Assembly (NCBI GenBank): GCA_963738405.1
Contig: CAVTWJ010000022.1
Span: 96,001-160,000 of the forward strand
Length of the DNA stretch: 64,000 bases
DNA from: a candidate division FCPU426 bacterium
GTDB taxonomy: Bacteria; Oederibacteriota; Muellerivitia; Muellerivitales; Muellerivitaceae
Direction: 5' to 3'
Of this stretch, positions 36,848 through 46,942 are shown piece by piece (within the stretch, counting starts at the first letter, position 1; the number at the start of each line of letters is the position of its first letter). Both the position numbers and the translations under genes were made by a program. The notes under the pieces are model-generated. The model saw only the letters and a program-made list of their open reading frames with translations, had not been told where the DNA came from and did not search any database.

Positions 36848-37768
36848 CTAGCTGGTTTTTCGGTAGTATTCCACCGTTTCTTTTAAACCAGCCGCCAAAC
36901 CGTAGACTGGTTCCCATTTTAGATGCTTTTGGGCTAGCGAGGGGTCCAAGAGGCTTTTTTTCAAGTCGCCCAACCGGGCGACCGTATGTTTGGCAGGCTG
37001 CGGGTAACCGGTTGCTTGGGCTAAGGTATGAAATAGGTCATTGGTCGTGGTTCCAACCCCTGTCCCGATATTAAAAGTGCCGTTCTGGGGATATTCCAAG
37101 GCTAAAAGATTGGCTCGGGCCACATCCTTCACATAAACGTAATCCCGTAGGTTATAGCCATCCCCAAAAATTTGAAAATCGCCGCCGTACAGCATCCTAT
37201 GGGTAAAGATGGCCACAACCCCGCCCTCCCCCAAGGCGTCCTGCCTGGGCCCGTAGACATTGGCGTAACGCAGCACCACCCTTTCCAAGCCAAAGGCTTG
37301 GGAAAAAACATCGGCGTAAAGTTCCACCGAGTATTTACTGGCGCCGTAAACCGAAAAGGGCCTGGCTGGATGAGTTTCCGGAAATGGCCCCGCGTCGGCC
37401 TCGCCATATTGAGCGCCTCCGGATGAGGCATAGATGAACTTTCTTACCCCTGCCCTCCGACAAAGGTCCAGAAGAAGAACCGAGCCTAGTACATTCACCT
37501 TGACGTCAAAATAAGGATCTTCCAGGGAAGCTTTAACTTTGATCTGGGCCGCGTGGTGGTTGACCACCTCTATTTTTTCATCCTGCATTAACTCCTGCAA
37601 CGAATCGTCGAGAATATCCTTCTCGTAGAATTTGACTTTAGGGTTGAGGTTTTCTTTTCTACCTGTGGACAGGTTATCCACCACAACGATCTCGTGCCCG
37701 GCCTCAAGGTAGGCGTCCACCACGTGACTGCCGATGAAACCGGCCCCACCGGTTACGAGTATTCTCAT
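36848..37768 (-). CDS. NAD-dependent epimerase/dehydratase (UDP-glucose 4-epimerase-like)
   Basis: TGGAGFIG, HHAAQ, SSGG, YGASK (YxxxK), RYANVYGPRQ, RDYVYV. Confidence 0.95.
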   Translation of the reverse strand: MRILVTGGAGFIGSHVVDAYLEAGHEIVVVDNLSTGRKENLNPKVKFYEKDILDDSLQELMQDEKIEVVNHHAAQIKVKASLEDPYFDVKVNVLGSVLLLDLCRRAGVRKFIYASSGGAQYGEADAGPFPETHPARPFSVYGASKYSVELYADVFSQAFGLERVVLRYANVYGPRQDALGEGGVVAIFTHRMLYGGDFQIFGDGYNLRDYVYVKDVARANLLALEYPQNGTFNIGTGVGTTTNDLFHTLAQATGYPQPAKHTVARLGDLKKSLLDPSLAQKHLKWEPVYGLAAGLKETVEYYRKTS

Positions 37769-37890
37769 GACATTATCTCGCGATCAAGAAGGTGAATCCT
37801 GTCGGTTTGATTTGTTTCGATCCCGTTATCCTTAAACGGGAAATAAAAAAACGGGATGAAACCGGCCCCTCCGGTTACGAGTATTCTCAT
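37765..37890 (-). other. uORF2, 41 aa, MRILVTGGAGFIPFFYFPFKDNGIETNQTDRIHLLDREIMS
   Basis: Its TGA overlaps the epimerase ATG (ATGA). Confidence 0.6.
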
Positions 37891-38012
37891 GACATTATCT
37901 CGCGATCAAGAAGGTGAATCCTGTCGGTTTGATTTGTTTCGATCCCGTTATCCTTAAACGGGAAATAAAAAAACGGGATGAAACCGGCCCCTCCGGTGAC
38001 AAGAATTCTCAT
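37887..38012 (-). other. uORF1, same 41-aa peptide, preceded by AAGAAGG RBS
   Basis: Its TGA overlaps the uORF2 ATG (ATGA). Confidence 0.6.
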
Positions 38013-38048
38013 AACACCTTCTTAATCGTAATTTTCATCTCGTTTTCT

Positions 38049-39440
38049 TTAATAGGCATGTTCATGCTCAAGGATATCCAAAACCGTGCGTAGAATAATT
38101 TTGATGTCGAGCAACAAGCTCCAGTTTTCAATGTAGTAAATGTCATATTTCACCCTCTCGGTTAAAGAGGTGTTTCCTCTAAACCCGTTAACTTGAGCCC
38201 AGCCCGTAATTCCCGATTTCACCTGGTGGCGCTCAAAATAACGGGGAATCTCCTTTTGAAACTTCTCAACCAAACCCGGCACTTCGGGTCTGGGTCCGAC
38301 CAGGCTCATGCGGCCCGTTATGACATTTAACAACTGGGGAAGTTCATCCAAACTCGTCTTGCGGAGGATTTTCCCAAGTGCCGTGACCCGGGGATCATTT
38401 TGCGCGGTAAAAGCTACGGTTTCGGTACCTACCCGCATAGTCCTGAACTTTCGCATATGAAAAACCCTGCCATCGCGTCCGACCCGTTTTTGATGAAAGA
38501 GAATAGGCCCCGGCGAGGTGATCTTGATCCCTACCGCCAAGAGAATCCAAAAAGGGCTCAACAGGAGGATGGCCAGCAATGAAACAATGAAATCAAAAAT
38601 CCGTTTGAGAGCCCGGTTGTACCAAATATTCAGCGGCGCTTCCTTCATCTCGAAAATGGGCATGTCCAAAAGGACATCGCTCTCAAGGGGGTTCGTAATA
38701 AGCCCGAAAAGGTCGGAGATGATTTTATATTTGATGGGGGTGTCTTGAAGGGTCACCAGAAGGGGAAGGAACTCACCATGGACGGAAGCCGGAAGGGCAA
38801 ATATCACCTCATCGGGTTTTTGTTGCAGGAGAACTTTATCGAAATGAGCCAGATTCCCCACTACCCTGTAACCTTCCACCTCCCCGGAGGTCTTGGATCC
38901 CTCTGAAAGGACCCCAGCCACCCGATAGCCCAAGCCTGGATTTTGTCTCAACCGTTGAAGAAAAATCCTGGCCGTTTCGCCCGTTCCAGCGACTAATACC
39001 CTTGTGATGCCCACTCCCCGCCGGCGAAGCATGATTTGAACCCTTCTCAAAAGAGTTCTCTCCAGCCAAACGCCGAAAGTAATCAATCCAGCCGAGAAAA
39101 CAACCACCAAACGGGAAAAAGCGAAAAAATGGACCGAAAAGGTCCCCGCCGCGATCAAAATGGAAGCGATGATGGCTCCCAGGAGGACTTTTCCCAGCTC
39201 ATCCACTCCTGAAATTCCTCGGCGGCTTCGGTAGAGGCCTAAATATTTGAATACCACCCAATAGATGACAACGACCGTCACCAGGAAGGTTCGGTAATGG
39301 GGATAGGACGTCACTCCCTCCACCCTCAACCAACCCGATTTAAAACGTATCCAATCGGCCAAGACAAAACACACGGCCACTAAAAATCCGTCCAGTAAAA
39401 AACTAACAGACGCAAAAAGGGATTTGAGCGGAAATTTCAT
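38049..39440 (-). CDS. Undecaprenyl-phosphate sugar phosphotransferase (WcaJ-like priming transferase)
   Basis: 4 TMs, Rossmann-like domain, [36 protein letters not shown]. Confidence 0.95.
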   Translation of the reverse strand: MKFPLKSLFASVSFLLDGFLVAVCFVLADWIRFKSGWLRVEGVTSYPHYRTFLVTVVVIYWVVFKYLGLYRSRRGISGVDELGKVLLGAIIASILIAAGTFSVHFFAFSRLVVVFSAGLITFGVWLERTLLRRVQIMLRRRGVGITRVLVAGTGETARIFLQRLRQNPGLGYRVAGVLSEGSKTSGEVEGYRVVGNLAHFDKVLLQQKPDEVIFALPASVHGEFLPLLVTLQDTPIKYKIISDLFGLITNPLESDVLLDMPIFEMKEAPLNIWYNRALKRIFDFIVSLLAILLLSPFWILLAVGIKITSPGPILFHQKRVGRDGRVFHMRKFRTMRVGTETVAFTAQNDPRVTALGKILRKTSLDELPQLLNVITGRMSLVGPRPEVPGLVEKFQKEIPRYFERHQVKSGITGWAQVNGFRGNTSLTERVKYDIYYIENWSLLLDIKIILRTVLDILEHEHAY

Positions 39441-39515
39441 CGATTCCTCAGGCGTATCAGACTTATTTACACCGACTGGAGTGACTTGATGACAAAGGCC
39501 ATTTTACCCTACGAA

Positions 39516-39537
39516 AGCCCCTATCCCCATAGGGGCT
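39516..39537 (-). terminator. Hairpin, possible weak terminator after the GT4 gene
   Basis: AGCCCCTAT-CCCC-ATAGGGGCT with only a short T tail. Confidence 0.4.
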
Positions 39538-39557
39538 GTGGATTGAACATGAAAACC

Positions 39558-40661
39558 CTATTCTTCACCGATCGGCTTGAACCCAAAAAGCCGGCGAAAA
39601 TAGACCTGGGTCTTGAAAAGAAACCGGGCCTTGGAAAACTGATTGGCCCTTTCCCGAAGGACTTGAGGGTCGAATGGGGTACGGTCGAGTTTTTCAAGGG
39701 CTTCTTCTAAACTTTCATCCGTCTGACGGGAGAAAAAGAGGCCCGTGACTCCATCCTGAACCGAATCCAAGACGCCCCCTTCCCCAAAAGCGACCACAGG
39801 CACACCGCTGGCCATGGCTTCAACCGGGACAATTCCGAAATCCTCCTTACCGGGAAAGATCAAGGCCTTCGCCCGGGAATAGATATCCGGCAATTCATCC
39901 TCTGCTGCCCAACCCTTGAAGGAAACTGTCGATCCGGCAAGGGCCCTCAGTTTATTTTCCTCGGACCCCTGACCCACCACCCAAAGGGGCCAATTCCTTT
40001 TGGAACAGACCCTCACTGCCAGCTCGATTTTCTTATAGGGCACCAGAGCCGAAAGGGCCAGAAAATACTCCCCTTTTTCTTTCTTTGCGCGGAACCTTTC
40101 CACATCCACCGGCGGATGAAGAACTTCCGCCTCCCGTCCATAAATTCTTTCAATCCGTCCCTTGACCTCGTTGGAATTAGCCAGGAATTTCGTAACTCCT
40201 TCATTCGACCTCAGGTCGCAGCGTTGAAGGTAAGGACGAAAAGCTCCTGCCGCCCAGCGTATCGGGGCCTTCGCTTCCTTTCCAAAATAATCGTCGAAAA
40301 GGTCCCAGATGTACCGCATAGGCGTGTGGCAATAGCAGACGTGAAGTGCTTTTTTAGGGTTTCGAACCCACTTGGCGCAGGCCGAACTGGAGGAAACGAT
40401 AAGGTCGTAATCGGAAAGATCAAAACCGCCCATCAACTCCCAAAAAAGGGGAAGGAAATACTGATACCTGGATTTACCGAATGGGATTTTTTGAAGGAAG
40501 GAGGTGGTTACTCGGCGTTTCAGAAAAATCGGATCCATTTTTTCAGGCCGATAAACCAGGGTAAAAAGATCCGCCTGCGGAAACAACTCCAAAAGGGCAA
40601 GTAGAACCTTTTCTCCGCCCCTCATCCCCGTCATCCAGTCATGAACGATGGCGATTTTCAA
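39558..40661 (-). CDS. Glycosyltransferase family 4 (WbaZ-like mannosyltransferase)
   Basis: IVHDWMTGMRGGEKVL, YCHTPMRYIW, EDFGIVPVEAMASG. Confidence 0.93.
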   Translation of the reverse strand: MKIAIVHDWMTGMRGGEKVLLALLELFPQADLFTLVYRPEKMDPIFLKRRVTTSFLQKIPFGKSRYQYFLPLFWELMGGFDLSDYDLIVSSSSACAKWVRNPKKALHVCYCHTPMRYIWDLFDDYFGKEAKAPIRWAAGAFRPYLQRCDLRSNEGVTKFLANSNEVKGRIERIYGREAEVLHPPVDVERFRAKKEKGEYFLALSALVPYKKIELAVRVCSKRNWPLWVVGQGSEENKLRALAGSTVSFKGWAAEDELPDIYSRAKALIFPGKEDFGIVPVEAMASGVPVVAFGEGGVLDSVQDGVTGLFFSRQTDESLEEALEKLDRTPFDPQVLRERANQFSKARFLFKTQVYFRRLFGFKPIGEE

Positions 40662-40723
40662 ATCGAGTCTTCCTTAAAGAGGCAACATTTGGAATGTGAA
40701 GGAACGCCGTTCATGAATGGTCT

Positions 40724-41062
40724 TTAGGAAAAAAAGATAGTCCAAAGGAAAAACAGGATTCCCAGGGTCAAAAGCACCAGGACCGCGCCAAAACCCAACC
40801 GAAACCAATCCCATTTAATGGGTCCCCGTTGGGAAGAAAGCGGGGATCTTTCAATATTGTTTTCATCCTGCTGGTGCCCGCAGGATTCCACGGGGTAAGG
40901 CTTTTTGTTGAAAGCTTCCCCCCAGCACCTGCGACAAACCACCTTCTGGCAATGGGGGCAAGTCGCGAAGCTTTTGGGGTATAGGGTTAAATTGGTGGTG
41001 CAAACCTGACAACGGTTAGGGTCGTCGATGAAACCTGGGTTTTTCTTGGGAACCATGATCAA
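40724..41062 (-). CDS. Small zinc-finger protein with C-terminal TM anchor
   Basis: CQVC, CPHC, CRRC and CGH ligand sets; hydrophobic C-terminus. Confidence 0.6.
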   Translation of the reverse strand: MIMVPKKNPGFIDDPNRCQVCTTNLTLYPKSFATCPHCQKVVCRRCWGEAFNKKPYPVESCGHQQDENNIERSPLSSQRGPIKWDWFRLGFGAVLVLLTLGILFFLWTIFFS

Positions 41063-41103
41063 CGACCTCTTCCACTAGGGATTCAATAAAACAGGGACCG
41101 AGT

Positions 41104-42504
41104 TTACCCAACTTTTTCGGGGTTTTCCAAGTTTTTCGGGACTTTCAACTCCGAAAGGGTGGTCATAGATTCTAAAATAGGAATCTGCGCCAAACGGCAG
41201 TACACGAGTGACAAGAAATTAGCGAAGCGATCGAGTCCGCCATCCCCCGGAACGATTCTCCCGCTCAACTTGCCTAACACCCCCACGTCCCCGCTTTCCC
41301 TCTTCGATTGGATCTCCCATCTTTTCCTTCTCACCCAACCGGGATGAGAAAAAATCCATAGGGCGGCCGCCACGGTTCCAACCAATCTCTCCGGAGAAAG
41401 AAAAAGTCCCTTCAAAAGGTTAAAAATCCAATCGAGGAGAAAAAGAGGGGTTAATTTCATGAGAGTGTCGCCGTGATAAAAAGACAGAAGGGTGAGATAA
41501 CGATTTCGAATGGGAAAGAATTCTTTTTTCCATCCCGGCAGGCGAAATGGCTTTTCACCCTCTCCATGAAACACCTTCGCACCCGGCGCGTTCACCACCA
41601 ATCTTCCCTTATCTTGCAGTCTGAAACCAAGCTGAGCCTCTTCCCCGCCGAGAAAATAATCGCCCTCAAAAGGCCCCTCCGGGAAAAGATGCCGGGGCAC
41701 CATGAAGCCACAACCGGTCGGAAAAAACCTTATATCTTTGTCCATGTAAAAGCCCCGTAAAGGAAGACCCAATAAGTTCATCGCGTTGTCACTTTCGATA
41801 ACGTTCTTTCCCTTCCTTGCGAGAACCTCCGAGGCCACCGCGCCGGTTTCCGGTCCCCAATTCCTAAATGTTTCAACCATCCGTGAAACCCAGTCCGGGG
41901 TTGCAACCGTATCGTTGTGAAGGAAAACCACAAGATCCCCCTCGGCCATTCTTCCCCCGAGATTGCACCCGAGGGCATAACCAAAATTTTCTTGGCACTC
42001 TAAAATACGGACCTGGGGATAATTGGCTTCCAGAAAGGTGAGACTGGAGTCGGTGGAGGCGTTGTCTACCACAATGATTTCTTCCAGGGGATAGGTCTGG
42101 GTACGAAGGGCAAAAAGGCAATTCCATAAAAGATCCGCACCGTTATGGTTCACCACCACCATAGAAACTTTAGGCTGTCCGGCTAAAACCCGGGCGAAGC
42201 GCCGGTTTCTTTCGCCCCGACTGCCCCCAAGGGGTAATTTTAATAGAGATCGGGCGCCGGAGGGTTGACGGTTGAAAACATTCGAAGCATCCCCAAGAAA
42301 GTCCCCACTTTCGATTTCTTCCGCAGCCTCAACAGAATTTTCTTCCGGCTGTATTCTTATTTTGTGATGGAGTCGGGATTGAGGAGGTTTCGACTTCGGC
42401 GTCCCCAACCCGCCGCCCGGTCGCAGCCTAGCCTTCTTTTTAGATTTTGTTTTTGGAAGGACAGGTTGGTTCGCCTGACCGCGACTTATCTTTTTTTCAG
42501 GCAT
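41104..42504 (-). CDS. Glycosyltransferase family 2 with basic disordered N-terminal extension
   Basis: VVVNHNG, VDNASTD, NFGYALGCN, LHNDT; start ATG 42504 overlaps the upstream gene end. Confidence 0.85.
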   Translation of the reverse strand: MPEKKISRGQANQPVLPKTKSKKKARLRPGGGLGTPKSKPPQSRLHHKIRIQPEENSVEAAEEIESGDFLGDASNVFNRQPSGARSLLKLPLGGSRGERNRRFARVLAGQPKVSMVVVNHNGADLLWNCLFALRTQTYPLEEIIVVDNASTDSSLTFLEANYPQVRILECQENFGYALGCNLGGRMAEGDLVVFLHNDTVATPDWVSRMVETFRNWGPETGAVASEVLARKGKNVIESDNAMNLLGLPLRGFYMDKDIRFFPTGCGFMVPRHLFPEGPFEGDYFLGGEEAQLGFRLQDKGRLVVNAPGAKVFHGEGEKPFRLPGWKKEFFPIRNRYLTLLSFYHGDTLMKLTPLFLLDWIFNLLKGLFLSPERLVGTVAAALWIFSHPGWVRRKRWEIQSKRESGDVGVLGKLSGRIVPGDGGLDRFANFLSLVYCRLAQIPILESMTTLSELKVPKNLENPEKVG

Positions 42505-43726
42505 GCGATTGTTGAACCAGCTTGAGGGCGGCCAAGGTTTGCCGAGCTGTGTTTTCCATTTTAAATAAAGATATCCGGGTTCTTCCTTTCTCAGCCAAAA
42601 TCCCCGTAAAGGCGGGTTCGGTCGCGGCCCTTTCCATGGCCCGGGCCCAATCCGTGACATTATTGGGGTCAATCATCCAAGCCGCGTCCCCCACTACCTC
42701 GGGTAAGGCCGCCGTATTAGAACAAAGAATGGGAACACCGCAGCCCATAGCTTCCAAAACGGGTAGCCCGAAACCTTCCTTGAGCGAGGGAAAAAGAAAG
42801 GCCGTAGCGCCGGAATAAAGCGAGGGCAAATCATCCTCGGGAACATAATGGAGCCATCGAACCTTGTCCGCCAATTGGGCAGAGGATAAAAACCCCATAA
42901 ACTCATCCCCCACGAATCCCTTAGGACCCGCCAGAATCAGCTCATGATCCGTGTCCGACATTTGTTTGTAGAGAAGGAATGCATGAACTAGGCGCAAGAG
43001 GTTTTTCCGCGGTTCCAAGCTTCCAACAAATAGAAAATAAGGTTTAGCCAGGCGGTATTTTTCGCGAACCATCCTGACCTTATCCGGCAAGGCCGGTCTT
43101 TGAAAATTCGGGGGAACCCCGTGCGGAATGACCCGAACTTTCCCCGGCTCGAGGCTCGGAAAATGGGAAAGAATTTCCTGACGGTTATAATCGGAGGGAG
43201 TGATGATCAAATCGGCGGATTCTTCTTGTTTTCCCAGATTCGACTTTAAATTTTTACCTAGTTCCTCAGGAACCCATTGGGGGTGCGTCAGATGGGTCAA
43301 ATCATGGATAAAAAGTACTTTTTTACCCTGCTTTTGCGGCAGGGACAAAAAATTGGGGTAAAAATAAACATCCGCCGGCCGACCAATTAGAGCCTCGATA
43401 GCGGGAGTCCCCAGGGTGTTCCAAGTCAATCTTAACGCGGCCCAGGGATAATGGGTCACGCTAAGGGCTACATAGCGGTTTTCTGAAACCCGGGCCCTTT
43501 CCTCGGGGGTGGGATTGTTCATCCAAACATAGACTTTGTCCTCCTCCAGGACATGAGAAAGCGCCTCCAGCAAATGGGTGAGGTACCACCCAGCGCCGGT
43601 CCTTTCACCCAAGAGGCAAGTTCCATCAACACCAATAATCACAGTACGCGTCCTGGAAAAAGATTTGAAAGCATCAACATACACCTCTTGCTGAGAATGG
43701 GGAAGGTACAACCCCACTCGAATCAA
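42497..43726 (-). CDS. Glycosyltransferase family 4 (MtfB-like)
   Basis: IHDL, VGSLEPRKN, PSLKEGFGLPVLEAMGCG. Confidence 0.93.
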   Translation of the reverse strand: MIRVGLYLPHSQQEVYVDAFKSFSRTRTVIIGVDGTCLLGERTGAGWYLTHLLEALSHVLEEDKVYVWMNNPTPEERARVSENRYVALSVTHYPWAALRLTWNTLGTPAIEALIGRPADVYFYPNFLSLPQKQGKKVLFIHDLTHLTHPQWVPEELGKNLKSNLGKQEESADLIITPSDYNRQEILSHFPSLEPGKVRVIPHGVPPNFQRPALPDKVRMVREKYRLAKPYFLFVGSLEPRKNLLRLVHAFLLYKQMSDTDHELILAGPKGFVGDEFMGFLSSAQLADKVRWLHYVPEDDLPSLYSGATAFLFPSLKEGFGLPVLEAMGCGVPILCSNTAALPEVVGDAAWMIDPNNVTDWARAMERAATEPAFTGILAEKGRTRISLFKMENTARQTLAALKLVQQSHA

Positions 43727-43839
43727 AAGCTTCTGGCCCCTTTGGGGAGGTTGAAAACTCAGTTATACTGTGCCCCGCCCACAAGCCAAATTTCGAAACA
43801 AAGGGCAAGGCGCGACTCGTTTAAATCCAAAACGTGGAG

Positions 43840-44502
43840 ATGGTCGATCCCATGAAAAAATTAGCCTGGATGGTGCTGAAGCCACTTTTTCAACTTCTTC
43901 GGCCTTCGTTTGCCTTCAGCGGGGGAAAATACGCCTATTTTTGGCATCCCTACAACATGACCTGGCGCGGCGAAAGGGCCATTGAAATACCTATCGTGAA
44001 AAAAATTGTGGATGGAAACCGGAACAAAAGAATTCTTGAAATCGGCAATGTCCTTTCTCACTACTTCGAGTTTCCACACGATATCGTGGACAAATATGAG
44101 AAAGCCCCTAACGTCATGAATAGGGACGTGGTCACTTTTCGGCCTCAAAAAGCAGCCTATGACTTGATCCTCAGCATTTCCACTTTAGAGCACGTGGGCT
44201 GGGACGAGAAACCGAGGGATTCCAAAAAATTCTTGAAGGCTTTCAAAAATCTCATGGGCCCCTGTTTAAAACCCGGCGGAATGTTGATAGTAACCCTGCC
44301 CCTCGGTCATAACCCGGTTTTGGATAAAGCCATAGCTGAAAATCAAATCCGGTTCACTCAAAAGTATTATCTGAAAAGAATAGGCCGGATCAACCATTGG
44401 AAAGAATCGGACCAGGAATCGGTCAAAAATTGCAAAGAAATGGACCCATATCCCTTCGCCAACGGCCTGTTCGTGGGCATCTTCCACAAAATCAAGAAAT
44501 AA
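43840..44502 (+). CDS. Class I SAM-dependent methyltransferase-like protein
   Basis: ILEIGN, VDKYE, YDLILSISTLEHVG, LKPGG; start uncertain (43834/43840/43852). Confidence 0.7.
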   Translation: MVDPMKKLAWMVLKPLFQLLRPSFAFSGGKYAYFWHPYNMTWRGERAIEIPIVKKIVDGNRNKRILEIGNVLSHYFEFPHDIVDKYEKAPNVMNRDVVTFRPQKAAYDLILSISTLEHVGWDEKPRDSKKFLKAFKNLMGPCLKPGGMLIVTLPLGHNPVLDKAIAENQIRFTQKYYLKRIGRINHWKESDQESVKNCKEMDPYPFANGLFVGIFHKIKK

Positions 44503-44509
44503 CCTTCCA

Positions 44510-45898
44510 ATGGTCCAAACCCCTTCATCCATACTTGGGTCGAACAGACTGAAAACCAAGGCCCTGACTTTCATTTTCGCCCTTTTATATTTTCTTTGCG
44601 GGGCGGATTTGTTTTTCGCCACCCGGGTGAATGGCTTTAATTTCCGTTGGGGGCAAATCCTCCTGCTCCTGGCCGCTATTCCATCAGGTTTCAACTTCGC
44701 AATAAGCCTTCGAGGGAAAAATATTTCAGGCGATCTCCGTCTCAAATTTCTCATGGGCTGGCTACCGTTTTTTACCATTTACGGACTGGCGGCCCTTTTT
44801 TCAGCGACCCCATTTTTGACAGGAATCAAATGGGGCTGGGGCCTATTTAACATCGGCTTGGCCGCGCTCATTTGTCTTCAACCCCGTTCGAATGAAACAC
44901 TCGAAAAAGGATTCGAGGGGGGAATTCTCGCGACCGCGGTCCTTCTTTGGATTCAGGCATTGGCCCTATACGCGCTTCCCTTTTTTACCGTTGTTCATGA
45001 TCAGGGGGAAGGGAGCCCGTCCGTAGTTTCATGCTTTTCGATTTTTCTGGGTTATGCCCAATCATCCTTCGATTACAAGGGATTGGCGATTTTCAGGCCC
45101 CACGCTTTCTATTACGAGCCCTCTTACGTAGGAGCGGCTCTAAGTTTCGCCCTTTTCCTTTTGATATTCCTCGATCTCAAAAGAGAACCTGGAAAAATGG
45201 GTTTTTTCCCGGCCATTGCGTTGAGCTCCATTCTTCTTTGCAGTTCCCGAACCGGGATTCTTTCAGTGGTATTGTTTGTTTCGTTAACACTTTATTTCTC
45301 GCGCCGACTCCCTGACCTTCACTTTTTCCGTCGTTCCTTGTACAGAGCCATTCTTATTTCACTGATCCTGGTTGGGACCTTTTGCCTTTTTCCCCTGGGC
45401 CGCAAATATGTGGAGTTTATTTCAGGACCCTTAGGCGCTGATTCTTATATGAGACTGCACAAGAAAAACTCAAGCGAGCAGGGACGCCTGGAAAACATGA
45501 TGGAAAGTCTTAGACTCATTTCCGACCATCCTCTTTTGGGGAATGGCGTCACCAAAATCGTTCCAGCGGACAGTGGTGGTTTAAGCCAGTTTTCGGGCGT
45601 CACCTGGTTTGAAATCGGCCTGGAATCCGGGATTCTGGGAATGGTGGCCTTCTTATACGCGCTCCTTTCCAATATGAGGTTAGCTTGGAACAAAGCGCCC
45701 CCAAGTGCTTTACGGATATTGGTTTTGGCCGCATGGATTATTCACTTCGGGTTCCAATTATTCTTCAGCCAGACTTTTCCCCGTTTAGACTATTGGCTGT
45801 TGTTTTTCCTTTCGATCCGTCTCTTGCTGGACTCCGACAAAGTAGAAAAACCAAAAATTCCCCCCCAGGAATTAGCTTCGCACGCCATCTCCCATTGA
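44510..45898 (+). CDS. O-antigen ligase/polymerase family (WaaL/Wzy-like)
   Basis: Many TMs, RPHAFYYEPS, SSRTG, R...HPLLGNG, ESGILG. Confidence 0.8.
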   Translation: MVQTPSSILGSNRLKTKALTFIFALLYFLCGADLFFATRVNGFNFRWGQILLLLAAIPSGFNFAISLRGKNISGDLRLKFLMGWLPFFTIYGLAALFSATPFLTGIKWGWGLFNIGLAALICLQPRSNETLEKGFEGGILATAVLLWIQALALYALPFFTVVHDQGEGSPSVVSCFSIFLGYAQSSFDYKGLAIFRPHAFYYEPSYVGAALSFALFLLIFLDLKREPGKMGFFPAIALSSILLCSSRTGILSVVLFVSLTLYFSRRLPDLHFFRRSLYRAILISLILVGTFCLFPLGRKYVEFISGPLGADSYMRLHKKNSSEQGRLENMMESLRLISDHPLLGNGVTKIVPADSGGLSQFSGVTWFEIGLESGILGMVAFLYALLSNMRLAWNKAPPSALRILVLAAWIIHFGFQLFFSQTFPRLDYWLLFFLSIRLLLDSDKVEKPKIPPQELASHAISH

Positions 45899-45909
45899 GG
45901 TTTTTTTAA

Positions 45910-46866
45910 GTGCCAACAAAACCCCTCGTCTCCATCGTGGTTGAAACAGGGACCCACAAGATGGCTGGCCGAATTCATTTTAAGGATATCGCTCGCCGGT
46001 ATTTGACGGAGGCCCGCAGAACCCTACCCGACTCCCGGTTTGAGATAATCTTTGTCGGGAAAGACAAACCGGAAGAAAAACTTGATAAAAATTGCCGTTT
46101 TTTGGAATTTCCCCAAATAGGGTATTACGGCTGGAAAAACGAAGGGGCGATCGCCGCTCGGGGACGTTATCTCATTTACCTGGACAGCGATTGCCGTGTT
46201 GAACCCGGTTATTTGAAAATAGCCCTTAAGACATTTAAGGAAAACCCGGATGTCATCGGCTTGGGGGGGTTGACCCTTTACGATGGAAACACTTTCTTTA
46301 GTCGTGTTAACACGGCTTTGAATTTTGGCCCTCATTTCAAAAACCCAACCAGGTTCACCCGGCTTTCGGTCACTGTTAATAACATTTGCCTTATCAAAAA
46401 CGCCTTTCCCCGCCGTCCTTTTGGGCCCTATACCGGCAGAACCGGAGGGGATGCTTTCATCACCCAATACGCTGTGAAAATCGGCAAACCTTTTCTCCAA
46501 GTTAGGGGGCTCAAGTCCTACCATGAGGACCAGACCCAAAACTTCAAAACTCTTTTGGAAAGAACGCTACGGGATCTTTTCCAACCCGTACTCACCGTTA
46601 AGCCCTCCGGCAAATGGGCCGCTTGGCGGACGGCTCTCTTTAATTGCCCCCTTCTTTTGATGAAACGCGCCCGCCGAGTCCTTCTTTTCGGACGAGCCAC
46701 GGGGCTAAGCTGGTTGGAAATAATCTGTTCCCCTATCTTTCTGTGTTACTTAACCTTGGTGGAATTGGCGGCCCTTTCCGCCATGACCGTCCGGCCTTCC
46801 TTGTTGATAAAATGGCTGAACTTTCAATTTGGTTCTAACTGGATTGAATCTCGAGGAATCCATTGA
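45910..46866 (+). CDS. Glycosyltransferase family 2 (paralog 1)
   Basis: KNEGAIAARG, LDSDC (DxD), GGD. Confidence 0.8.
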   Translation: MPTKPLVSIVVETGTHKMAGRIHFKDIARRYLTEARRTLPDSRFEIIFVGKDKPEEKLDKNCRFLEFPQIGYYGWKNEGAIAARGRYLIYLDSDCRVEPGYLKIALKTFKENPDVIGLGGLTLYDGNTFFSRVNTALNFGPHFKNPTRFTRLSVTVNNICLIKNAFPRRPFGPYTGRTGGDAFITQYAVKIGKPFLQVRGLKSYHEDQTQNFKTLLERTLRDLFQPVLTVKPSGKWAAWRTALFNCPLLLMKRARRVLLFGRATGLSWLEIICSPIFLCYLTLVELAALSAMTVRPSLLIKWLNFQFGSNWIESRGIH

Positions 46867-46942
46867 TAAATATTCAGCATTTCAAACCACCCGCAAAACC
46901 CCGGGAGTGTCTTCCCGCATTTACCCCAACTTGGGTTAAATA

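Larger units (their letters stand above)
37733..38012. repeat. 122-bp tandem repeat (about 2.3 copies) containing the epimerase 5' end
   Basis: ATGs at 37768, 37890 and 38012, exactly 122 bp apart; the 86-bp linkers appear identical. Confidence 0.95.

Noticed and set aside
37733..38012. CRISPR array (36-bp repeat-like segments at regular spacing)
   Set aside because: The spacers are identical, the repeat is the epimerase 5' coding sequence, and no cas genes are present
42505..42672. Longer GT2 start overlapping the GT4 gene
   Set aside because: A roughly 170-nt same-strand overlap is implausible; ATG 42504 near the upstream stop is more parsimonious
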